Below, in pieces: positions 1-7,102 of a stretch of DNA of 12,059 nt. The DNA is from Promethearchaeota archaeon (lineage in GTDB: Archaea; Asgardarchaeota; Lokiarchaeia; Sigyniarchaeales; SOKP01): assembly GCA_008080735.1 (NCBI GenBank), contig SHMW01000105.1:1-12059 (forward strand), in the 5' to 3' direction. The first letter of the stretch is position 1. The number at the start of each line of letters is the position of its first letter. Both the position numbers and the translations under genes were made by a program. The notes under the pieces were generated by a model. It was not told the origin of the DNA and searched no databases. It saw nothing but the letters and a program-made list of their open reading frames with translations.

Positions 1-41
1 AAGGAGAACATAATTAATTTGAACAATTAAAAGTTTCAAAG

Positions 42-281
42 ATGAGTGTATCGATAGAAAAAGAAACAGCAAAGGAATTAATCACCTTTAAACTTAGTCA
101 TATCCAAAAAGAAATTCACTCCATTCTTAATAAATGGGAAGAGAATAATAGCGATGACTTTATTTCAAAGGCAAAAAGCGGTGCCCTTGAAAATGCGGAA
201 ATGGACGCAATATCAGTACGGCAACTTGTTGCAGATTATAAACGCTTAAAAGATCTTTTAGAATCAATTAAATCCGTTTAA
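42..281 (+). CDS. Small helical protein, putative antitoxin of the adjacent DUF6516/TumE-like gene
   Basis: 79-aa ORF ending 3 nt before the next ATG. Amphipathic helical pattern with 'SDDFISKAKSG.LE..E.D', resembling small proteins found next to DUF6516 genes. The function is inferred from context. Confidence 0.55.
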   Translation: MSVSIEKETAKELITFKLSHIQKEIHSILNKWEENNSDDFISKAKSGALENAEMDAISVRQLVADYKRLKDLLESIKSV

Positions 282-284
282 AAG

Positions 285-653
285 ATGATTCCTTATATTT
301 CTTTTTTACGGAAAGCTAGAGTATTAATCGTTGATTTATTGAGTGACGAGATTAGAAGTGATAAATTAAGTGAAAACCTCTCACAGCTTAAAGTTTTGTT
401 GAAATCAGGAATTATAATTTATATAAGCTACAACGAATATGGAGAATATGGATACCAAATAAACTATTCTCCAGAAAAGAATGACTTCTCAAGATTTGAT
501 AATTTTGACGATAGATGGAATGTTTCCACGAAACCACATCATTTCCATAAGGGGAATGCGGAAGTTATTGCCAGTCCAATGTCGGGAGAGCCTAATCATG
601 ATATCCCGATTCTTGTGAAATTTGTAAAGGAAGGTACAATAAATAGAAGGTGA
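285..653 (+). CDS. DUF6516 / TumE-like putative toxin
   Basis: 122-aa ORF with Y-x-Y-Q (YGYQ), RFDN and 'VSTKPHHFH', matching the family's R(Y/W/F)DN...T-x-PHH-x-H pattern. Operonic with the upstream small ORF. Confidence 0.65.
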   Translation: MIPYISFLRKARVLIVDLLSDEIRSDKLSENLSQLKVLLKSGIIIYISYNEYGEYGYQINYSPEKNDFSRFDNFDDRWNVSTKPHHFHKGNAEVIASPMSGEPNHDIPILVKFVKEGTINRR

Positions 654-750
654 GGATTTAAGGTTTTTTTCTGGCATTTTTATACCTTTGCTCCTCCTTG
701 AATAAATAATTGGTTTTAATAATAAGAATTTAAGAGTTTAATAAGTATAT

Positions 751-1525
751 ATGGCAATTATGAACTTTAGGTTTGCAAGGGTTAATGAGGAGTATGTTGA
801 GGTTTTAAAGGAGATTTAAAACATTATAGGAAATAAAATTAAGGTTTTCGAGAGGACATCGCTTAATAAAGAAACCGGATGTTCTATACAAAATAATCGA
901 GTAAACGTTTTAGGCCTTTATAAGTGCGATATCCCGAAACCTCCAGAATCGATCGGTAATTTATCTGCCTTGGAACTATTAATTATCGATAGATGTAGCT
1001 TAAAAGAACTTCCCGATTCAATTGGGACCTTAAACAATTAAAAGATTTATATATTCGATATAATAAACTTTCAACCCTTCCTGAGACAATAGATAAGTTA
1101 AAATTACTCAATTGCTTAAATTTAGGAGGAAATAATTTTTCGAAAAAAACCAAGATAATAGGAAAAATAGACTCACTTAAATTATTATCTTTAAATTATA
1201 ACCAAATTACAAAAACTCCTGAATTTATCATGGAATTATCAAATCTCGGCGCATAACAAGCTCACTAAGCTCCCAGACACGATCGGACATCTAACGGGCT
1301 GTGGTCGCTTCAACTCGACCATAATAAATTGACTTCGCTACCAGCCTCCATCGACAACCTCATTCACGTAATAACACTCTATTTACAGCATAATATGTTA
1401 AAAGTCTTGCACCGGATACAATCGATAATCTCATTCAATTAGAGTTTCTGAATTTAAAAAATAATACACTCACATCGGTTCCGGATTCACTTGGAAACTT
1501 ATCCAAACTTAAAGGAGTTCAGTTG
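751..1525 (+). pseudogene. Leucine-rich repeat protein pseudogene (about 9 repeats of 23 aa)
   Basis: Manual translation from ATG 751: MAIMNFRFARVNEEYVEVLKEI*NIIGNKIK...NNRVNVLGLYKCDIPKPPESIGNLSALELLIIDRCSLKELPDSIG / LKQLKDLYIRYNKLSTLPETIDKL...TPEFIMELSNL / HNKLTKLPDTIGHLT / LWSLQLDHNKLTSLPASIDNL...HNMLKVL / PDTIDNLIQLEFLNLKNNTLTSVPDSLGNLSKLK. One in-frame TAA (817-819) and frame changes near 1027, 1248, 1297 and 1410. The end coordinate is approximate. Confidence 0.9.
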
Positions 1526-1794
1526 AAAATCTTGAAAAGCTTAATCAAATATACTAAGAAGCCTATGAAAAATATAATATGAAATTAGTGAGCATCTTCC
1601 ATTCTCATCCCTCTGGAAACCATCCCAGCGGTGTCGATATAACCAATATGTCTCGACTCCAAGAAAGCGGATTGAAATCGTTTCAATTTATTATCTGGAC
1701 AATTATGGATAGTGAGACCAAGGATTTAAATGGGTTTATGATTTTAGAAGACGAAATAGTCCAAATCGAAGTTATAATAAAAAATTCAAAATAA
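1516..1794 (+). pseudogene. 5'-truncated JAMM/MPN+ (JAB, M67-family) metalloprotease gene
   Basis: The ORF at 1579-1794 carries the Zn-ligand motif HSHP-SGNH-PS-GV-D. The same frame extends upstream as SVENLEKLNQIY*EAYEKYN with a TAA at 1555-1557. The N-terminal strand with the catalytic Glu is missing and LRR sequence lies in its place. Confidence 0.8.
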
Positions 1795-1805
1795 AAGTGA
1801 TTTTA

Positions 1806-2444
1806 TTATTCTACTTGTTCGAAACCATTTTCGTTAATCGCGCAGATTTGAAGGTCAAACCCCGAAGCAATGTCGCGTTTACGAGAGCTAGTTATAGCAC
1901 TTTTTATGAGCTCTATAGCCTCTTGCTTTGTCATATCTGGCTTCCAATCTGCTTCTAGCACACCTAGTGAATAGGTTGAGCCGCTCCCGAATGATAAAAA
2001 TTTATCCTCTTCAAATAATGCACCTAAAAGTTCTATTCCGTATAACTTTCCTGTGTGTTCATGTTGAGAATACCCCCCAACTATCATCATAGCAAGAAAA
2101 TAGGAGCGCCCTTGGAATAGAATATTTCTTGTGACATTTGCAATGTATTTTGGTTCTGGCACTTTCCCTTTTTCTACTTCTCTTAATCGAGATAAGGCTT
2201 TTATTTGATTAATTATATATTGGGCATCAGCAACTCCACCAGAAATCGTTGCAGCTGTGTATTTATTAATTTCAAATAATTTTTGAGCTTGTTTGGATGC
2301 AACCGTATAGCCCGCAGTGGCTTGGGATTCCGTTCCAATTACCACACCATCTTTATAGACAACTCCGACTGTGGTGGTTCCCGTTTTAGCGGCTTTCTTT
2401 AAGGTTTCCTCGTTAATATCTTCTAAATTAATATCTTCCATCAT
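1806..2444 (-). CDS. psmB: 20S proteasome beta subunit
   Basis: Propeptide followed by KTG|TTTVG (N-terminal nucleophile Thr), SGGVADAQ, GSGS..SLGVLE and RDIASG motifs. Confidence 0.97.
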   Translation of the reverse strand: MMEDINLEDINEETLKKAAKTGTTTVGVVYKDGVVIGTESQATAGYTVASKQAQKLFEINKYTAATISGGVADAQYIINQIKALSRLREVEKGKVPEPKYIANVTRNILFQGRSYFLAMMIVGGYSQHEHTGKLYGIELLGALFEEDKFLSFGSGSTYSLGVLEADWKPDMTKQEAIELIKSAITSSRKRDIASGFDLQICAINENGFEQVE

Positions 2445-2614
2445 TTTACTATAAAAATTTAATTTAGTTAAAAGTTCTTTCGTTTTTAGGATATAAATAT
2501 ACTAAACCTTCATACCTATTTAGTTTTTCTCGTAAGAGAAGGAGGAAACACAAAAATTTTAATTGAATTCTGTATTAATATCCATACTATACAATTTAAA
2601 AATAGGTAGATAAA

Positions 2615-2992
2615 ATGGCACGCAGTCAAGCACGTAGCAAAAGGAGATATACAGGAAAAAAATATAAGAGATTTAGCAAAAAAAGAAAAAGAGAACTCTC
2701 AAGAGCACCTATTGAAACCCAAATAGGGAAAGAAAAAAAGAAAAAACAGAGAGTAATGGGTGGTAATCACAAATTAAAGCTTTTTTCAAGTTCCTCAATT
2801 AACGTAACAGATCCCAAGACCCAAAAAACCCAGAAAACCGAGATTTTGGGATTTGAAGAAAATTTAGCCACAAAAGACTTTAACAGACGACATATTCTTA
2901 CTAAGGGGGCTATTGTCAAGACCGATTTAGGAAATGTAAAAATTACCAGTCGCCCTGGCCAAGATGGACAATTGAATGGTGTTTTAATCTAA
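2615..2992 (+). CDS. rps8e: 30S ribosomal protein S8e
   Basis: SKRRYTG...KKRKREL, RVMGGN.K.KL, ILTKGAIVKT and ITSRPGQDGQLNGVL signatures. Confidence 0.98.
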   Translation: MARSQARSKRRYTGKKYKRFSKKRKRELSRAPIETQIGKEKKKKQRVMGGNHKLKLFSSSSINVTDPKTQKTQKTEILGFEENLATKDFNRRHILTKGAIVKTDLGNVKITSRPGQDGQLNGVLI

Positions 2993-3141
2993 TTTTACAG
3001 ACTTCATTTATTCTTTCACTTATCAGTTCTGAGATTTTTATTAAAAGCGTTAAAAATGGTCTAGTCTTTTTATATGCAATCATTAGTTTTTAATTATATT
3101 CATTTTTAGGTATTGTGAATAATTATTAATTAATTATAAAA

Positions 3142-3969
3142 ATGGCATTTAAGAAGACAAGATCATTATTTGAGAACATTATGGTATCATTCAATAAAAA
3201 AACACTTCTTCAAATCGGAAACATTCTCACACCTATTATTTGTTTTACAATCTTAGGAATACTTTCCATAGGACAAGGAGATTTTACTAATATATTTGAA
3301 TCTGAAAGTGAGAGTCTAATTGATCCAATTGATTTTACTTTTGCTATCTGGGGACCGATCTTTTTATTTCTTATTATATTTCTCGTTTATCAAGCGAGGG
3401 GTATATTTAAACCTATTGAGGAGAAGCCAGAATTGGAATTTGTAGATCAAGTAAGCATCTATTTTATGCTATCAACTGTATTGACCTCTTTGTGGTATAT
3501 CTTCTGGATATATCGTATAATCTGGCTTTCTACATTATCTATGATTTTCTATTTAATCTCTCTGATTATAGGTTACTTAAGACTAAATTTAAATCTTAGG
3601 GAACGCTCTAATATGGAGAAAGTGGCAATTTATATTCCTTGGAGTATGTATACAGCCTGGATCACAGCTGCAACTATTGTCTCAATTACGACTTTTTTTG
3701 AGAGCATCGGTTTTAATGATCCCGCTTTTCTTTTCAGTGATGAGTATTGGGGTGTAATTATCCTTGTTGTGACACTTATAATCTACACCGCAGTTTTATT
3801 AACCCGAAATGATTTTGTATACGGAGGAGTAGGCATTTGGGTATTGATAGGAATAATTTCTCAACGTCTGGTCTCTCCAGTTTTAGTATGGGAAGTATTA
3901 ATCACCGCAATAATAGGGCTAGTTCTATTAATAATCACAATTATCTATCAAGCTATTAAAAACGAGTAA
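3142..3969 (+). CDS. TspO/MBR-like tryptophan-rich multi-pass membrane protein
   Basis: 'P..FTFAIWGPIF', 'WYIFW' and 'PWSMYTAWITAATI' motifs with about 8 hydrophobic segments. The true start may be ATG 3181. Confidence 0.75.
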   Translation: MAFKKTRSLFENIMVSFNKKTLLQIGNILTPIICFTILGILSIGQGDFTNIFESESESLIDPIDFTFAIWGPIFLFLIIFLVYQARGIFKPIEEKPELEFVDQVSIYFMLSTVLTSLWYIFWIYRIIWLSTLSMIFYLISLIIGYLRLNLNLRERSNMEKVAIYIPWSMYTAWITAATIVSITTFFESIGFNDPAFLFSDEYWGVIILVVTLIIYTAVLLTRNDFVYGGVGIWVLIGIISQRLVSPVLVWEVLITAIIGLVLLIITIIYQAIKNE

Positions 3970-4040
3970 TTTATCAATTAAAACTAAATTTTTTCTTTTC
4001 TTTTAGTTCAATCTAATAACCATATATTGAATGTTCATCA

Positions 4041-4059
4041 TAAGAAACGTTTATAAACG
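4041..4059 (+). promoter_or_regulatory. Candidate BRE + TATA box
   Basis: AAGAAACG followed by TTTATAAA (4050-4057), within the 12-bp palindrome CGTTTATAAACG (4048-4059). Confidence 0.35.
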
Positions 4060-4161
4060 AGTTTTGAATATTTTTCATTTAGAATTATATTTGAATTCAT
4101 GATATTGGATATATTAAATAGATCTCTCGAAATTCTAAATGCAAATGGTGATGATTAAGAG

Positions 4162-4284
4162 TTGATAATAAGTGCTTCTAGAAAGACTCATAAACAAATC
4201 AATACTCTATTGATTTTAATTTTATTAATAACCTCTTCGATCTTGGCATTTTTTTTGACAAGTGTAATATTTATAAACGATTAG
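4162..4284 (+). CDS. Possible 40-aa single-pass membrane peptide or gene remnant
   Basis: TTG start with GGTGA 10 nt upstream. Translation MIISASRKTHKQINTLLILILLITSSILAFFLTSVIFIND has a basic stretch then about 22 hydrophobic residues. Not in the ORF track, whose shortest entry is 62 aa. Confidence 0.35.
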   Translation: MIISASRKTHKQINTLLILILLITSSILAFFLTSVIFIND

Positions 4285-4321
4285 CGGTTTATGAAAGGGT
4301 TATGATTTAGAAAGAAAAAAG

Positions 4322-4693
4322 TCATTCCTGAATCTTTATATTCTTCACATTTGCGGACTTTCCTTCTATAATTTCCGTATCTTTGCTTCCACAATGCTTA
4401 CATTGAAAAAGTTGCAGTCCTGTTAATTTAGCCTCTTCAGTGATGCTCACTGTCGAAATTTTCCCGCACTTATTGCATTTAATCTTTCCGGGAGTCATTT
4501 CAATACGCAGCTTTGCCCCTTCAGCTATAGTTCCTGTAGTTGCCATTTTAAATGATTGTTTTAATAGCTCGGGTACAATAAGGGTCAATTCACCTACTTC
4601 TAAATAGACCTCAGAAATCCTCTTCGCATTGTACTTCTTTGCCGTTTCTTCCGCGATTTTAAAAATATTATGGGCAAATGCAAATTCGTGCAT
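4322..4693 (-). CDS. hypA: Hydrogenase maturation nickel metallochaperone HypA/HybF
   Basis: N-terminal MHE nickel-binding motif, VGELT.I.PE.L...F, two CxxC motifs (CNKC, CKHC) and C-terminal EIIEG. Confidence 0.96.
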   Translation of the reverse strand: MHEFAFAHNIFKIAEETAKKYNAKRISEVYLEVGELTLIVPELLKQSFKMATTGTIAEGAKLRIEMTPGKIKCNKCGKISTVSITEEAKLTGLQLFQCKHCGSKDTEIIEGKSANVKNIKIQE

Positions 4694-4696
4694 AAT

Positions 4697-4993
4697 TTAG
4701 GACTTTCCTCTGGTCTTTCTAATTTCTTTTGCGATTTCTTTAAGAACTTTTGATTTTTTCTTCCCTTTCGTATTGATTAGTACTCTACCGGATTCTTCCC
4801 ACCACGATTTTGGGTATTTTAAGGATGATTCTATTTGTATTTGATATCCTAAACTTTTGGCTGCGATCGCGAGGTCCTTTATCGTGACTTTTTCGATTGC
4901 TAAATTCTCCGGAAGTCGCCTTCCTTCACTTCTAGTCCTTTTTGCATCGAAATACTGGGGCCAAAATATTAAAAACGGGGTTCTTTTTCGCAT
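4697..4993 (-). CDS. srp19: Signal recognition particle 19 kDa protein
   Basis: WPQYFDAKRTRSEGRRLP..LA, YPKSWW...GRV and KSKVLKEIA motifs. Confidence 0.96.
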   Translation of the reverse strand: MRKRTPFLIFWPQYFDAKRTRSEGRRLPENLAIEKVTIKDLAIAAKSLGYQIQIESSLKYPKSWWEESGRVLINTKGKKKSKVLKEIAKEIRKTRGKS

Positions 4994-5149
4994 AGAAATG
5001 GCATCATTATTCTAGTTATGATCATAAAAATGTAATATTATAAATAAATTATTGATTCAGATTATAATTCTGAGATCGATATTCTAATCAAAGGAGTAAA
5101 ATAAATACTAAGAAGTGGAAAAAAATGGAAAAAAGGGAATAATATTATA

Positions 5150-5977
5150 CTATTTCCCTTGAAATTCTGGCTTCCGTTTTTCTAAAAAAGCGGAAACTCC
5201 TTCTGCCACATCTCTTGAGGTGGAATTGATTGCGTATCCCATCTGTTCGAATTGAAGCCCTATATCTAATGGTACTTGAGATCCGTAATCAATCGCTTTT
5301 TTTATTACGAACAAACTGTTCGTTGGAGCACCCCCCAACCATGAAGCTTTTTCATCTACAAATTCTTCGAACTTGTTATCATCTATTAGATAAGATACAA
5401 TCCCCCATTCATGCATTTTTTCTGCGGAATACTGCTCTCCGAAAAACATCATCTCTTTTACTCGATATTTACCCAAATGATGAACTAAACGTTGAGTCCC
5501 TCCATTTGCGGGGAATATCCCACGTCTAATTTCTGGAAACCCAAAAGTTGATCTTTTGGAAGCAATTACGATATCACACACCAATACTAATTCAAATCCC
5601 CCACCTAAAGCATATCCATCAACAGCAGCGATTAGAGGTTTTGGAAACTTTTCTATTTGGTTATAGCATTTGTGCCTTCTGTACATAGCATGACTCTGAT
5701 GTCGAAGATTATCGCGATCCAGATCGGGAAATCCGCGTTCCGACAAATCTGCTCCAGCAGAGAATGCAGGCTTTTTTGTAAAATCTCTGGTACCTCTTAG
5801 CACCACACAGCGGGCTCTGGGATCCACTTCTAATGCTGCTAAGGCATCCGCTATTTCTTCAAGAGTATGATTGTTTAATGCATTTAATTTATTCGGGCGA
5901 TTTAATAAGACAACTGCATAATTTCCCTCTTCGTTATACTCGATCATTAAATGCTCAAAATTCTTCGATTCTGACAT
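5150..5977 (-). CDS. Enoyl-CoA hydratase/isomerase (crotonase family)
   Basis: LNRP.KLNAL, AFSAGAD oxyanion loop, PKPLIAAVDGYALGGGFEL and PEIRRGIFPANGGTQRL with both catalytic Glu, C-terminal AFLEKRKPEF. Confidence 0.95.
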   Translation of the reverse strand: MSESKNFEHLMIEYNEEGNYAVVLLNRPNKLNALNNHTLEEIADALAALEVDPRARCVVLRGTRDFTKKPAFSAGADLSERGFPDLDRDNLRHQSHAMYRRHKCYNQIEKFPKPLIAAVDGYALGGGFELVLVCDIVIASKRSTFGFPEIRRGIFPANGGTQRLVHHLGKYRVKEMMFFGEQYSAEKMHEWGIVSYLIDDNKFEEFVDEKASWLGGAPTNSLFVIKKAIDYGSQVPLDIGLQFEQMGYAINSTSRDVAEGVSAFLEKRKPEFQGK

Positions 5978-6188
5978 GATTCTCCCATTTTCTATAATTT
6001 TTTGAGTTAAATGTAGTATATTTTAATATTAGGGAAGAGGGATTTCATAATAATCTTTTCTTATTGTGGAATATAATAGATTGAAAATAATTATCAAGTT
6101 TACTTTTCAGAGATAAGAATATTTAGATTAGAACTTATATATTCAAAAAAATTATGAAAATAAAAAAATAGATGTTGAGCTTAGCTTA

Positions 6189-6954
6189 TTACAGAAAAAT
6201 TCTTTTTATCCTATCCGGCATTAAAAATCCAATATATCCCAGCAGAACTGCCATAGTGATGAAAAAGCGTGCGCTTAGTAATATAGATATCTCACTGAAA
6301 AAGATCTCAAATATACTTCCAGTTAAAAAAAGTATTCCCGCAAACAATAAAAATTTGCCTTGTAATCGTACCTTGGGCTCTTCGGATCTGAATGTTTGTA
6401 TTACAAACCACCCTGCTGATGCTAAAAAAAATCCCGAGGGAGATCGATAAATATACCCAACTAAATGGTTGATATACAACTTGTATTGGTTCTATTGGTT
6501 TACCTAATAAGGTGTAATCTGTGAATATTATTGCGATATATAGGAGTTCTAAAAATGATAATAAGAACCCCGAGATAATCATAATATCCCGTCTCTTGTT
6601 CTTTTCAATCTGCGCGAGTGAGGTGATCCCTCTTATCCAGAAAAAGATAGCGATACTAATGAAGCCACCATGGAAGAGAAAATGTAATTCCCATGGAGGT
6701 ATAATATTGAAAAAAAGTGTTGTTATAAAATTCAGCGCCACTCCAGACCATAGCGTAGCTCCACCAATAAAAACCACCCCTATATTAGAAATGGTATAAT
6801 ATTTCAACTTTATACCCTTATAAATCATTCTTATGGCAATCAATAAGCAAAAACAAATGAATATTAAGGTCGCGAGTCCCATAGCAATTAATTCAGGATT
6901 TTCTAGCATATAGGAAAAAGGATTTGTCCAATTTTGTAAGAGATTTTTTATCAA
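6189..6954 (-). pseudogene. Multi-pass (about 7 TM) membrane protein gene split by a 1-nt frameshift in a T8 run
   Basis: ORFs 6307-6954 and 6189-6479 join into one hydrophobic 254-aa protein (...SISLGIF|LASAGWFVIQ...) if one base is removed from A8 at 6424-6431 (T8 on the coding strand). Confidence 0.8.
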
Positions 6955-7002
6955 ATATAATCACTATTGATGATCCTTACTTATCAATTTAGTATGGGCT
7001 TC

Positions 7003-7020
7003 TATATAAATGTTTTTTTC
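7003..7020 (-). promoter_or_regulatory. BRE + TATA promoter for the 6954-6189 gene
   Basis: Minus strand reads GAAAAAAACA-TTTATATA, about 50 nt upstream of the TTG at 6954. Confidence 0.55.
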
Positions 7021-7031
7021 ATTATAGGTTT

Positions 7032-7069
7032 AAAAAAAGGATCATGAGCTTCAGTGGAAGGATGATCCC
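7032..7069 (-). terminator. Hairpin plus U7 terminator downstream of the FG-GAP protein gene
   Basis: Minus strand: GGATCAT-C-CTTC-CACT-GAAG-CTC-ATGATCC-TTTTTTT, starting about 35 nt after the stop at 7103. Confidence 0.6.
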
Positions 7070-7102
7070 AGATATCAAAATATATAAGAATGAAGTTGAA
7101 TC

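Noticed and set aside
751-1560. Stop-codon readthrough or recoding rescuing the LRR/JAMM region
   Set aside because: The interrupting stops are TAA, which ends normal genes here, and several independent frame changes would also need correcting.
4147-4230. C/D box sRNA (C-box-like TGATGA here, and near 6968 and 9216)
   Set aside because: No CTGA D box at a suitable distance in any case.
5057-5073. Inverted repeat TCAGA-N7-TCTGA upstream of srp19
   Set aside because: Only 5-bp arms and a single occurrence; compatible with chance.
5230-5529. 99-aa plus-strand ORF
   Set aside because: Antisense shadow of the enoyl-CoA hydratase gene with no recognisable motif.
6172-6799. Plus-strand ORFs 6172-6450 and 6521-6799
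   Set aside because: Lys/Asn/Ile-rich antisense shadows of the frameshifted membrane gene.
7039-7068. Eukaryote-like SECIS element (AUGA...GA hairpin)
   Set aside because: The upper stem is far too short, there is no apical AA loop, the motif is on the non-coding strand, and no in-frame TGA selenoprotein candidate is nearby.
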